Assembly (NCBI GenBank): GCA_964016885.1
Contig: OZ024757.1
Span: 42,346,001 to 42,410,000 of the forward strand
Direction of reading: 5' to 3'
Length of the DNA stretch: 64,000 nt
From: Eledone cirrhosa
Lineage: Eukaryota
Shown here: in pieces, positions 14,855 to 28,517 of the stretch
Position numbering within the stretch: position 1 is the first letter of the stretch
How the letters are laid out: the number at the start of each line of letters is the position of its first letter
Made by a program: the position numbers and the translations under genes
The notes under the pieces: generated by a model
What the model was told of the DNA's origin: nothing
What the model saw: the letters and a program-made list of their open reading frames with translations, nothing else
Databases searched by the model: none

Positions 14855-17290
14855 TTTTTAAAAAATGCACGAACACCTTACACACTTACTTGGCGGCAGG
14901 TTGCTAAATCCCATCCATATACTCCTCATAGTAGAGTATGTAACCTGTGCCTTGCCGAATCCCACTCTATTATATTTGCTAAATGCCCTCTACTAAATAG
15001 AAAGTCTGAAATTTTTTCCTCTTGCCCCCACCGAATATTAAGCTCTTTCTTCTACTTTAAACCTGTTAGCTAGCACGTCCTTATTCCTCCAGTTGGGCTG
15101 TCTTGTGTAACTGTCTCCTATTGTTGGTCGTCTATGTATACGAGTCTGTGAATGTATACGTATGCCTGTGGGAGGATATTGATCTTGATATTGGGGTGTG
15201 CAGGGGAGTGTATGTTAATAAGCACCCCTGTTTGGCACAGTGGATGTAACCCATCCACGCTGGCCTACCCACCATTAGTGCATTGGTGGACCTATCCTGA
15301 CGTATATCTTGTTGATCTGTACCTCTGTATGCGCATGAGTTGTGATGTAATGTATTTATGTAAAGCGTGTACTGCGATTTAGGCTGCACTAGTAGAAATT
15401 TAGCCTGTAACTGTGGGCGGACCCGTGCCATCCTGCCGTAAGCAGTGGATACGTGGCGCATATACGTGTTGCCCTCATATTCTGTGGTTCAAGATCTACA
15501 GGCTGACCTCTGGGAGCTCTTACCCGGGGTTGTAGTCTTTCTAGCACGATCGGCCTTCCATATATTGACGGTCGTTTTTATGATCCCGAAAGTAACGTTT
15601 TGGCCCCGATGGCCCTCCGTAGTTACTAACGGTCTGTGTACACTCGAATCGGTCAATGGCACGTGCAGACATGAATATCTCCATAGGATTTCAACTTTAT
15701 TTTACTACATCTCATCGTATGTATTTGTTTTGAATATATTACCTGTGGTGGTGGGTCTGGTCTAATGTGGTATTTCGGTGTTTAATATCATATTTAATAT
15801 CGGCTTTGACCCGGGTGTCCTACGCTGTGTGTGTGTGCGTGTGTGTCCGTGTATACATTTATATGTGTATGGGTGTAGGTGGTTATATGTGTCTGTATAT
15901 ATAAAAAAATATATATATATATATATGTATACCGTCTCTGCATATGCATGTGGTGTGTATACGTGCATATACGTGCTGAACATATTGATGTGTACAATCT
16001 TGTGATGTCCCAATGCGGTGACTTAATGGCTCTTGAAGCTATTTTTTATATATCTTCTGTCTTTTTATATATATTTTGTATGCGCTACAACTGTGTCTGC
16101 TTGCTTTAACCCGCCTCACCTCGCTTGCTAATGCACGTGAATTCTTCTACCTCCTTCGATGCACCTCTCTCTGACCATTGGACTCCTGCCCGTGTGTGAA
16201 CCGGTTTGTGATTACCCCACCGCTCAACTGTGTGAATGCACACCCATGACTTTCGAGTGAACTTTCGAGACTGCCCAACCTGGGACGCATCCATTGCCTT
16301 GCAATGGTCAAGTGATACTGGTGACTGTGACACTTAGTGCCTTCGTGGGCCCCTGATGTTTTCAAGAAATATATTTTAAAAAATTGGTCAAGTGATACAC
16401 ATAACTGTGACACTTAGTGCCTCCGTGGGCCCCTGATATATTCAAGAGATATATTCTAAAAAAATATATATCTTATCTCAATTTACTTTATTTCATTTTA
16501 TTTTATTTCATTTCATGTTATCTAATTTTATTTATTTACTTACTTGACTCCATTTATTTATTTATTTATTTATTTAAATTTAAATTTAAATTTAAATTTT
16601 AATTTTATTTATTTATTTAATTTTTATTTATTTATTTATTTATTTATTTAATTACATTTAATTACATTTAATTATACATTTAATTATATCTTATATTATA
16701 TTATTTTAATTTAGTCTATGTTATTTGATTTTAGTTTACCTTATTTTATCTTATTTTACGATTATATTATATTATGTTCTATGTATATAATTTTTAATTT
16801 TTATTTTTATATTATTTTATCTCATTCCTTACCCTATATTTTATATGTAAGTTTGTTATGTATTTCTTTGTATTTCTTTTTATATATATTATAAGTCTGT
16901 TTTTCACCTATTTTTTACCTATTTTTTACCTACTCTTACCTAATCCCATTATCTTATCTACTCTTGTCTGTTCTTTTATCCATGTGTCTACTCTTGTCTG
17001 TTCTCTTATCCATGTGTATGCTTGTATGTAACTATATGTTGACAGCACCCCGCCCAACTGTGACTGATAGCACCCCTTATTTTTATTTTTATTTTTATTT
17101 TTATTTTTACTTTTATTTTTATTCTTATCCTTTATCGTCTATTATTACCTTTCATTCTTCAATGTCTTGGATTTGTTATTGCTTGTATGGTATGTAATTA
17201 ACCTTTATGCTCTGATGAGTCCCACTTATAGTGCGGATGAAACAATGTTAGCAAGTAAAGATATGCATATGCTATAAGCGTTCTTTGTTA
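14855..17290 (+). mobile_element. 5'-truncated Penelope-like element: GIY-YIG C-terminus, then ~2.2 kb 3' region ending in a hammerhead
   Basis: 14855-15073 reads FLKNARTPYTLTWRQVAKSHPYTPHSRVCNLCLAESHSIIFAKCPLLNRKSEIFSSCPHR..*, the W..PY..CxLCLxE..LLNxxSE..SxCxH signature of PLE endonucleases. That the 3' region belongs to the element is inferred. Confidence 0.7.
17203..17260 (+). ncRNA. minimal hammerhead ribozyme motif
   Basis: TGCT CTGATGA GTCCCACT-TAT-AGTGCGGAT GAAAC-AAT-GTT AGCA. Confidence 0.65.
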
Positions 17291-17314
17291 TTTATTATAT
17301 ATATACACACATAC

Positions 17315-17345
<31 letters not shown>

Positions 17346-17933
17346 TATATATATGTATATATACACATATATATATATACACACACAAATACATATACAT
17401 ACACATATACACACACATACATATACATATATACATATATATATATATACACACACATATATATATATATATGTAAAATTGTTTTTATACTAATCATAAT
17501 TGTAAATAGAACTCATCATACAGGTAATTATTTTACCCCAGGGTGAAGCAAATATTTAAATGATTGAGGTAAAATAAATAAATAAATAAAGGTGTTATTA
17601 GAATAAATTACAAATGAATTAAAATAAACAGGTTTGACTCTGTTCTGTTGCATTCTGGGAGTTGGCCATGTTTATTTCCACAATTCAAAATTTTTTACAA
17701 TACTCTGTAGAAGACATGTAGAAAAACACACCTCTCCCATCACACAGAAGAAAGTATTCCTCACCACCACCACAACCACCACCACCAACAACAACATCAC
17801 CTCCACTATCACCACCACTACCACCACCACTACTACTACAACCATCCCTTTTTTTAAGAGATGACAAATTAAATATTGAATTTATTTGCAAAAATATTTT
17901 TTTCAAATAAAGATTTATTATCGGTTTGATTCT

Positions 17934-18895
17934 TTAAACCCTTTCATTACCATATTTCTAGTGAAAGACACTGTCTATGTCTTTAACCCTTTCATTACCA
18001 TATTTCTAGTGAAAGACACTGTCTGTCTTTAACCCTTTCATTACCATATTTCTAATGAAAGACACTATCTATGTCTTTAATCCTTTCATTACCATATTTC
18101 TAATGAAAGACACTACCTATGTCATTAACCCTTTCATTATCATATTTCTAATGAAAGACACTGTCTATGTCATTAACCCTTTCATTGCCATATTTTTAAT
18201 GAAAGACACTGTCTATGTCATTAACCCTTTCATTACCATATTTCTAATGAAAGACACTGCCTATGTCATTAACCCTTTCATTGCCATATTTCTAATGAAA
18301 GACACTACCTATGTCATTAACCTTTTCATTACCATATTTCTAATGAAATACACTGTCTATGTCATTAATCCTTTCATTACCATATTTCTAATGAAATACA
18401 CTGTCTATGTCATTAATCCTTTCATTACCATATTTCTAATGAAAGACACCACCTATGTCATTAACCCTTTCATTACCATATTTCTAATGAAAGACACTGT
18501 CTATGTCATTAACCCTTTCATTACCATATTTCTAATGAAAGACACTGTCTATGTCATTAACCTTTTCATTACCATATTTCTAATGAAAGACACTGCCTAT
18601 GTCATTAACCCTTTCATTACCATATTTCTAATGAAAGACACTGCCTATGTCATTAACCCTTTCATTATCATATTTCTAATGAAAGAAACTACCCACAATT
18701 TTCAAATAATTTAGAAAATAATCAAGAGTTTGAAGGGATTTGATTCTAAAACTAACTTTCTCGTTATTAAGCTTAACAAAAGTTCTTACACGGAATCATA
18801 ATGGAAGGTTTTTAAATAAATACAAACATTTTAAATTAAACATTTTTGAATCATAGAACCATGGGTGGTTCATATGGCTTAGTATGAAAACGCTA
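17934..18895. repeat. 48-bp minisatellite (~16 copies) made of the terminus of piggyBac-type MITE family P2, followed by the rest of the MITE
   Basis: Unit TTAACCCTTTCATTACCATATTTCTAATGAAAGACACTGTCTATGTCA is the reverse complement of the right end of MITE copies 19032-19271 and 24813-25086. Confidence 0.85.
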
Positions 18896-19031
18896 ATCTG
18901 GTGATGGTGAAGAGAGATTTATCTCTCCTGTGTGTGTCTGTTATTAATAGATATTATATTTGCTTCGTTTATGCGCCACTGACCAATATTTTGTATTTTC
19001 TCACATGTTGTAGAATTCAAACAGAGTTACT

Positions 19032-19271
19032 TTAACCTTTTAGATACCAACCTGCCAAAAACTGCCTCTGGTTCCTTGGAAAAAAACTATCCATTTAAAT
19101 GTTGCCTATTTAAATTAAAATCTTCCAACATAATTTCATACAAAAACCTCTTTGTTGTATTACAAATACCATCTTAAAAGTTGGAATAATTTTAGTAAAT
19201 CTTACCAAATTCTTTATTGATTAATTCCAATACAATGTATTTTATCAGAAATATGGTAATGAAAGGTTTAA
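19032..19271. mobile_element. piggyBac-type MITE family P2
   Basis: TTAA-CCTTT...AAAGGT-TTAA ends. Confidence 0.65.
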
Positions 19272-20219
19272 ATATTCCAATGTTTATTTGAGAAACTATT
19301 TTATGATGGATGCCACTTAGAGTGCTAATCATAGTGGAACTTGTTGTCAGACAGGCAGCCTGAGGCCTCAAGAGTTATGATAACTTTTTTTGTATGAAAT
19401 TTGCCTGAATCTGGCTCAGGTTTTACGACACAAAACTATTTATGGTAAAGTGTTTATATTTATTTAGAAACCTTCCACCTAAATCTTTTTGAAGAACTTT
19501 TGTTAAGTTATGTTCCAAACACCAGCTTAAGTAATTTATTCAATTTTGCATTTTGTTTTTATTATCATCACAGAACTTCAAACTAAAAAGCAAACATTTA
19601 ACAGCAAAATCTAATTCTAATTACGCATGCAAGAATTTCTAGAAGAAAATATGGAATTTAAAATATTAACAACTAAAAATGAGCAAGATACCCAACAACT
19701 TCCATAAGCATTTATGGTGAAAGAGATATCACATAGATTAGCAGTAGTATGGTGATAGTGAGATATCACACAAGCTGGCAATGAGAGGGCGGGTTAGCGA
19801 GATATCACATATGCTAACAGTGGGAGGGGGGATATCACATAGGCTAACTATGTTCTTGGTGGGATGTAAACAGTCAATAGATTTGCAGGAAATTGGGATA
19901 TATTCCTAACCAGAAAGACAAAGATATTGATTTAATTAACAATACTATACACACACCATATATACATATCATCATCATCATCATCAACGTTTTACGTCCG
20001 TTCTTCCATACTAGCATGGATTAGACGGGTTGTCCTGTTGTGGGCAGTGTCTGGTCGGCTTACCTTGTCTTGCTCATATGGGAACTGAGTGTGGCTTGAT
20101 TTCTTCAGCTGGATGCCCTTCCTAACACCAACCTCATTTATAGTGAGTGCTGGGTGCTTTTTTCCGTGGCACCTCCATGACCACTTTACAGTGGAATGAT
20201 AGGGACGCCAGTCCTATCA

Positions 20220-20365
20220 TCTCATTTCTACAGCTGAATAAACTGGAGCAATGTGAAATAAAGTGCCTTGCTCAAGGAAACAACACATCACCCGGCCCGA
20301 GAATTGAACTCACAACCTTTTGATTGCAAGCCCAATGCTCTAACCACTAAGCCATGTGCCTTCAT
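20220..20365 (-). mobile_element. tRNA-derived SINE family B, head and central part
   Basis: Near-identical inverted copy of 36392-36535 with Pol III A and B boxes. Confidence 0.85.
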
Positions 20366-20511
20366 ATATATAACAGAAAATAGAGAATCAATGTTGCGAC
20401 AAAAGGAATTTATTGGACATAATACACCAACTCGAGGCACGATCGATGAGGTGATCAAACCTGACTCTGAAATCGCGCGGCCCTCGGATACGTCTCGATT
20501 CTACAAAGCAG

Positions 20512-20550
<39 letters not shown>

Positions 20551-20819
20551 CATTAGGAGAACTTTCCTGATGATCTTCGAATGAAACAGCTATTAATTTT
20601 GTTGTATACACTCTACTAATATATTGAGTACCTTGCTTACTGTGGTTACACTCAATTGAACCCGGGAATCACACACACACACATATATATATATAATGAA
20701 GGAGGTGGGCTAAGGAACCAGATGGACCATAATGCACCAGAGTACTCAATACTTAGGCTAGTAGAGTGGGTAATAGGAAAATGTATAATGGGGTTATACA
20801 TTTTCCTATATATATATGT

Positions 20820-20853
<34 letters not shown>

Positions 20854-21166
20854 CCCATGCTAGCGTGGAAAATGGACGTTACACGAAGATGATGATGATG
20901 ATATATATATACTTTACATACATTTGAGGGATTGGGATTATAAACTTATGTAAGAACCCAAATCCCAGACTAACATCCAATAATGATACCACAGTAGACT
21001 CTATATTGATATATCCATTCTTCTGTCTTGGATTGTTGAATCAGTTTACAATTTTTTTTCAAGAAAGAAAAAAAAAGAGAAAAAAAAATCAACGCCAAAA
21101 TTCCTCAGAATTGAAAATAAATAAATAAATAAAAACCAATAAAACTAAACAAAAATGAACATATAC

Positions 21167-21209
<43 letters not shown>

Positions 21210-21302
21210 ATATGATATTACTATACATACATACATATATATATATACATGTATATATATCATCATCATCAACGTTTAACGTCCGTGTTCCACGCTTGCA
21301 TA

Positions 21303-21340
<38 letters not shown>

Positions 21341-21585
21341 TATATATATATACAATGCTAGCGTGGAAGATGGACGTTAAACGAAGAAGATGATGATGAT
21401 GATGATATATATACATATATATATATATACACATATATATATATATTTCAATAGATGGAAAATCCGCATTGTTAAAACTTGTTGCTATATATTACGATAA
21501 AAATGTATTTGTTTAATTTTCGTTTCCCTGCAGCAACAAGTCGGTCAAAATGGGACATTGATTACTTACAGACACACACATACAT

Positions 21586-21618
<33 letters not shown>

Positions 21619-22984
21619 CATACACACACACATACACGTGCGCACAGAGGGAGAGAGAGAAAAAATCTATAGAACTAAATCTATAGAACAATACAGCCTA
21701 GCTGTACTTCAACGAGACTTCCAACCACTCCTGTGGGAACTCCTAGGCAGTCACTCAACCGGTTAGACTTAGCAGCCAAATCTCACTAAAAAATCACACT
21801 CCTTACCATATATAAAACAAGGAAAGGTCATATAGATAGGTGGTGGTAGTCATAGTAGGGTTGGTTGTAGTGGGTGCACTGAATGACATACACAAAACTT
21901 TCCAAATTAATAGAAATTTTGCAGTTTAGGTGGAGAAAGAAAAGAAAGAAAAAAAAGGAATTTAATGATTCTCCAAGACAAGGGGAGATAATTTCAAGTA
22001 ATTAAGAATGTATTGGGAAAGCTGGAACAGCAGGAATAGGGAATATAATGGTGGAAATAGAGGAGAGGAAAATAAGAACAACAAAACAAAAGAATAGTTT
22101 TTACCCTATATTTCATAATATTTTGAGGTTAGGAGCTCCTTGTCAAAGGAAAAAACAATCGAGCTGTCTTGTTCTTATGAGCTATATTTTGTGTTATCAT
22201 TCTTATTCCATTTCCTATTTATGTTATATCTGTCCTGAGTATGACATTAAACTGCATCCAGTGACAAGGCTCTAGTTCGGGACTTCCAGAGCTGTGGGGA
22301 ATGTGGAGCTACCCCTTAGTTGTTATCACTCACAGGTCTTCTCTGGCCTGGAGTAGTAGTACCTATTAGGGCCCAATTTGTGGGTGAAATAATTACCTTA
22401 CTCAAGTGGTACCGGTAAGGTATTATCAGCCATTGAAAAGAAACATTATATCAACTTTCCCAAGACATTTCTTAATTGTAGATTTCACAATATTTCATAT
22501 AAACTATACTAGTTTACTTTTATAATTAGGGGGTTAGCTAAGATCTTTGTTAGCTGGCCAAGTCGACAAACGGACATGTTTCAGTTTCATTGGGTGTCAT
22601 TAGGGAAGCATAGTCATCTCAAATCAGGATGGTCATGAGTGGAGTGTCTTTGGTACTATGTCTGTTCAATTAAAGATTAAACAACCTCACTGACAACTAA
22701 ATTTTATAAAAACATAGTAAAGTATCCCCTACTGTGGTGTGTGTGTGTGTGTGTGTGTTATTTGTTTCTTTCTTTCCAATAAAGAGAGAGATGATTTCTA
22801 TCAAAACAGGATTCTTTCATTGGAATTTAGATATCAATTATGTCTGTCTGTATGTATATGTGTGTGTGTGTGTGTGATGGAAGGCAAAGCTAATCTCGGC
22901 GGGATTTGAACTCAGAATATAAAGGGCCATAACTCTATGCCACAAAAGCATGGTGTCCGGCGCTCTACCGATATACTGAGTTGT

Positions 22985-23269
22985 TTAAAATCAAAAGTTA
23001 CACAAATGTGGTTAATACCAACAAACAACAAACATCGAGATAATTCCAGTCGTCATCAAAGCTGTGGGCTCGATACCACTGAAACTGAGAAGACAGCAAA
23101 TACCACTGAAACTGAGAGAACATCAATAAGCAAACAGACCTCGAATGCTTGCTGGGAACATCAAGAACACTCCAAAACGTCCTGAATATCTGAGGCTGCA
23201 GGTAGCGGCTTGATGTTCATTTGGACAAACTTTCCAGTTAAATAACATCAATGTCTGAGACTCCAAGAA

Positions 23270-23307
<38 letters not shown>

Positions 23308-23325
23308 TAATAATAATAATAATAC
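22985..23325 (+). mobile_element. R4/Dong-like non-LTR retrotransposon 3' fragment with (TAA)n tail
   Basis: IEIIPVVIKAVGSIP and CLLGTSRTLQNVLNI* resemble the REL-endonuclease C-terminus (PVVIGALG...LLGTARILRKVL); followed by a short UTR and (TAA)n. Confidence 0.6.
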
Positions 23326-23728
23326 TTGCTTCTACTTTAGGCACAAGGCCAGCAATTTTGGGGGGAGGGGAAAGTCGATTAAATTGATCCCAGTACGTTA
23401 CTGGTACTTTATTTTATCGACCCTGTAAGGATGAAAGGCAAAGCTAACCTTCGCGGGATTTGAACTCAGAACGTAAAGGGCCGTAACTCTATGCTGTAAA
23501 GCATTGTGTCCGACGCTCTACTGATTCTGCCAAATAATAATAGTAATAATAATAATGATAATATGCAAAGATATTTACTGTTGTTTGTGCCTTTGAGCAT
23601 CATTTGTGTGACAATTGACTGTAAAATATGGATATTGTCAAATTGTGCCTCCTCAGGTGCCAGGTTGACACTCAACATGATTTAGAAAAGAAGCAGAACT
23701 CAAAGGAAGTTTCAAATAATAATAATAA

Positions 23729-23773
<45 letters not shown>

Positions 23774-24452
23774 TACAGGTGGCAACTGTAAAGAAGGTCG
23801 TTGCTCAACCAGGTGGGATCGTAAGAGGTCAAACCTGTAGTAATATTTCTAGCTTTGAGTAGAGCAGAAGATCTAGGTTGAATGGATCATGCATGTTGCT
23901 ATTTCTTGGAATCAGTTTTTGGTGAGAAAACCACCAAAAACAACAACAACAACGACACAAGGAAAAAAATGAAAGACAGATAAATAGACAACTTGAAACT
24001 GAGAATAAATCAAGACTAAGAGGGAAGGGTCAAATTTGAATGGTCAAGCAGAAATAAAAATAAATATTCCGGTTGCAACAGCAAAAATACAAAATAAACA
24101 GCGAACCCCGCAAAAAATATTGCTTGATAATTTTTTTAAAAAATATGATAATGTTTTCTTTTGGGAGTGGGTCGGGCTCGGTCTGGGGGGATTACTTTTT
24201 TTGGTGATGTTTAAAAAAACTTAACATAAAAAACGAGACGGAATTTTAAAAACAAATTAAAGGAAGGGAAAGTCAATTGACCCAGTATTTAATTGGTACT
24301 TTATTTTCTCGACCCCAAGATTGATATAGGGATATAATTTAGTATTGAACCAATAATACAGGCTGATTAAAAAAAAAAAAAAAATCCCCCAAAACTTATT
24401 GATTTCTAAATCATGCAGCAGCAACAGCAGCAGCAGTAATAACAACAGCAGC

Positions 24453-24489
<37 letters not shown>

Positions 24490-24616
24490 ATGGAAGGAGG
24501 CGCTATACAGATAAGGAGGAGGGTAGCAAGCATCTACACCCACATAGAAAGAGATGTGTTATTATTATTATTATTACTAGAACATTCTTTATTTAGAATG
24601 TAGAAGGAAAACTTAC

Positions 24617-24652
24617 CGGTTTTGTGTACACAGGTTTTCTTTCCATTTTATT
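24617..24652 (-). CDS. SCAI: candidate 36-nt cassette exon of SCAI (adds IKWKENLCTQNR)
   Basis: ttctctctactaacag|AATAAAATGG...AAAACCG|gtaagt; multiple of 3 and open in phase 2. Confidence 0.4.
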
Positions 24653-24812
24653 CTGTTAGTAGAGAGAATTGGAGTCAGAAATCAGGTATCAGTAGATTAA
24701 TGTCTACTGAGAGAAATCTAAGAGGCTAAGCATAGCTTCAACAGGGTAAAGAAGGAATTAATGGCTGATGGAAAAACATGACACAAAAAGAACCAAGTTC
24801 TTATCAGATTTA

Positions 24813-25086
24813 TTAACCCTTTAGATACCAAACCGCCTGAAACTGACTCTCGTTCTATCATACATCACTGTTTATTTCAAAGTGTTTATATTTATCCAAA
24901 CACCTTCCTTCATAATTTTATGTCAGAACCTTTGTTAAGTTGTGCTCCAAATATCATCTCAATAATGAGAAAGATAGTAGTTTGTTATATTACTAAATCC
25001 CTCCAAATTCTTCAATATTTTCGAAATTCTTTGTAAATCATAGGCAGTGTATTATTTCATTAGAAATATGGTAACGAAAGGGTTAA
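24813..25086. mobile_element. piggyBac-type MITE family P2, complete copy
   Basis: TTAA CCCTTT AGATACC ... GGTAAC GAAAGGG TTAA. Confidence 0.75.
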
Positions 25087-26094
25087 GATGGTAGATAGAA
25101 GAAGGCATCAAAGACTTCCTGCTGAATTAGAAGCCAAAGGTAGACAGACGGTGTTGTTTGCAAGTTGCTCAGACAAGACAATAAAATGATAGCAACTTTA
25201 ACAAGAGTTAAAAGGTTGTTTGATATCAAAGAAGAGAAAACAAACGAAGAGAGAAAAAAAAAGAAAAATAGAAAGAATGAGACAATCATGTAATCCCTTG
25301 AAATATAAACAGTCTTTAAGAAGAACAAGAACAAGAACAAGAACAAGAAAATAATGGTTTGGAAATTCTTATAGTGCAATGGATATAGAAGTGGTGCAGA
25401 ATTTGTCACAACAATATACAGGTGAAACAAATCAAAGCAAGTTTGAACAGATTGACTTGTCACAGGTTAATTACAGGTTAATAAAAGATGATAACAACCA
25501 TACAGCTTGACATGCAGGTTTATTGAGATCTAGTCTCGCTTTTGGATGGACAAACAGAGAAAGAAAGAAAGAAAGAAAAAAGTAAAACAATATAAGGACG
25601 TGGTGCCCCAGCAAGGCCTCTGCCGGATGGCTGGAACAGGTAAAAGAGTAAAAGTGTAATATAATTGTTTCTAGTTTTGGCACAAGGCCAGCAATTACCC
25701 CAGTGCATTACTGGTACTTGATTTTATCGACTCCGTAAGGATGAAAGGTAAAGTTAACCTCGGTGGGATTTGAACTAAGATCATAAAGGGCCGTAACTCT
25801 ATGCTGCAAAGCATGGCGTCCGACCCTCTATCGATACTGCCAATCCACCACCATGTAATATAATATACAAGTCTGTTTTATTTCTTGTTTGTTAGATTAC
25901 AAGAGAGGTGTTAATGTTGGATTACAAGAGAGATAACTCCCTAAAAAGGGCCACAAACTTGAGGTAAACTCAGTCATTCAGAAATTAGCAATTATTAAAG
26001 TTCCAGACTATAAATATAATTTACTAGAAATAATAAAACAAAACAAACAAAAATTGAATTTGATAGAGAGGGATAAGATGGGGTGTAATGTACC

Positions 26095-26485
26095 CCTTTA
26101 CCCCAGCTGGAACACAGATCTTTTGTTATCCCAGCTAGAACACAGATCTTGTTATCCCAGCTACAACAGATCCTTGTTATCCCAGCTACAACACAGATCC
26201 TTGTTACCCAGCTGGAACAGATCCTTGTTACCCCAGCTGGAACACAGAACCTTGTTATCCCAGCTAGCAGAGATCCATTGTTATCCCAGCTAGTAGAGAT
26301 CCCTTGTTATCCCAGCTAGAACAGATCCCTTGTTACCCCAGCTAGAACAGATCCCTTGTTACCCCAGCTACAACAGATCCCTTATTATTCCAGCTACAAC
26401 AGATCCTTGTTACCCCAGCTAGAACAGATCCTTGTTATCCCAGCTAGAACAGATCCTTGTTATCCCAGCTAGAACAGATCCCTTC
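26095..26485. repeat. ~25-bp minisatellite (~15 copies)
   Basis: Unit ttgttatcccagctagaacagatcc. Confidence 0.9.
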
Positions 26486-26543
26486 ACCACAATATTGACA
26501 TTAAGATTTCATTGGTTTGTGTGTTCTAAATTTCACACCAGTA

Positions 26544-26578
<35 letters not shown>

Positions 26579-26720
26579 TCTCTCCCTCTCTCAATCTCTC
26601 TACCCCTCTCTCTCTCTCTTTTTCACTCAATCTCTCTCTCTACCTCCCTCCCAATCCCTCTCTCTTAATCTATCTTTCCCTCTCTCTCTCTCTCCTCTCT
26701 CTGGACAAATTATGTTATAT

Positions 26721-26756
<36 letters not shown>

Positions 26757-27044
26757 ACATCTAAATGAGTTAACTACACAAATAGAATCACAGTTTTTCT
26801 AGCAGCCAGTTCACACAACTGCCGCTTATTTTAATATTCACAATCAATAGCCATAAACTCCACCATTCCAACCAACATTTTACCGGAATATTCTCACATA
26901 AACTACGATAACATTTTACTAGAAATCCATTGCATTAAATACAAGACACCGTCATTGAAAGATCCCCACCCCCCGCCTGGCCCTCTGGTCCACCCCTAGT
27001 TTAATTATTCCCATCCTCACTACATGATAGAAACAGGGGTGGGG

Positions 27045-27350
27045 ATGGTGCATGGCCTAGTGGTAAGGGTGTTGGTCTTACGATCATAATGTCGTGGGTT
27101 TGATTCCTGGACCACTTTGTGTGTTGTGTTCTTCAGCAAAACACTTCAATTAACCCTGGGAGGGTCGTGAGGAGGCAGAGCCCTCAAACAACCCTTCCAG
27201 CAGGTCCTATCAGAAGCAACTGTCTCCAATTGATCAAGCCAGAAACAATTCTGTATGAGCAAGACATGGTCCCCTGACCTGTCTTGTCTCACAACGGGGC
27301 AACTCGTCTAACCCATGCTAACATGGAAAAATAGACGTTAAAAGGTGATG
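27045..27350 (+). mobile_element. tRNA-derived SINE with RTE-type 3' tail
   Basis: A box tggcctagtgg, degenerate B box; ends acccatgctaacatggaaaaatagacgttaaa then (GAT)n. Confidence 0.7.
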
Positions 27351-27397
27351 ATGATGGTAAGGATGATGATGATAAGGACGATGATGATGATGATAAA

Positions 27398-27451
<54 letters not shown>

Positions 27452-28482
27452 AAGGATGATGATGATGATGGTGGTGGTGGTGGTGGTGGTAATGATGATG
27501 ATGATGATGACAATGAGAAACTCTGAGTAGCAACTCCTGTCGACACAACAAATGTTATTTAAGACAATTCTTGATAAAAACAATGAATCTGTGAACATTG
27601 GTTTTTGTTTCCACAGAGAATTCTCTGGAACCTATTCTTCTGTTAGAACTGTTCTGCTAACAGACTTCTGGCAACATTACTACTAACTTATTGACAGCAG
27701 CAGATCTATAAAATGGCAGAGATTATTTCAAAGGATGGTGAATTGGTAGAAATCGGCAGAGCATCAGACACTATACTTCATGGCATAGAATTATGGCCCT
27801 TTACGTTCTGAGTTCAAATCCCGCTGAGGTTAGCTTTGCCTTTCATCCTTACAGGATTAATAAATAAAGTACCAGTAATGCACTGGGGTCAATTTAATCG
27901 ACTTTTCCCTCACCTTCAAATTGCTGGCCTTGTGCCTAAAGTAGAAACAATTATTTCTGATTTATGTTACATGAGAATCTCCCTTAATGTTGGTGATTTA
28001 CACAATAATTGCACCCAGTACACTCTATAAAAAAGTTGGTGAGAGGGAGGGCATCTAGCCATAGAAAACCTACTAAATAAAGGGTTGGAAGGACAGGGTT
28101 GGAAGGACACTTCAGCTGACCTCACTAGTGTTGGTGATTTACATGATAATTGCACCCAGTACACTCTGTAAAGTGGTTGGTGGTAGGGAGGGCATCTAGA
28201 TGTAGAAAACATGCCAAAGAAAGAATCAGAAGGACCCTTCAGCTGTGTCAAAGACATGGCAACTTCCCTGGTGTTAGTGTCACAATGCCCTCAGTAGTGG
28301 TCAGGATCGTATGTAAGTCTGAGCACTTGGAAAGGTATATGAGTGTAAGCAGGATACAGGCTTCCAGCTATATACTGGAGGTCAGTACCTCTATTTTAAG
28401 TACCAACCTGGCCTGCTAATGACCTACCCAACCTTTGTTGATAGGGAAAGTGGATATTAAATGACGATGATGATGATGATGG

Positions 28483-28517
<35 letters not shown>

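Noticed and set aside
27600-27730. Plus-strand acceptor-like sites (also 14005 and 21520) suggesting an antisense nested gene
   Set aside because: No matching donors or coherent reading frame.
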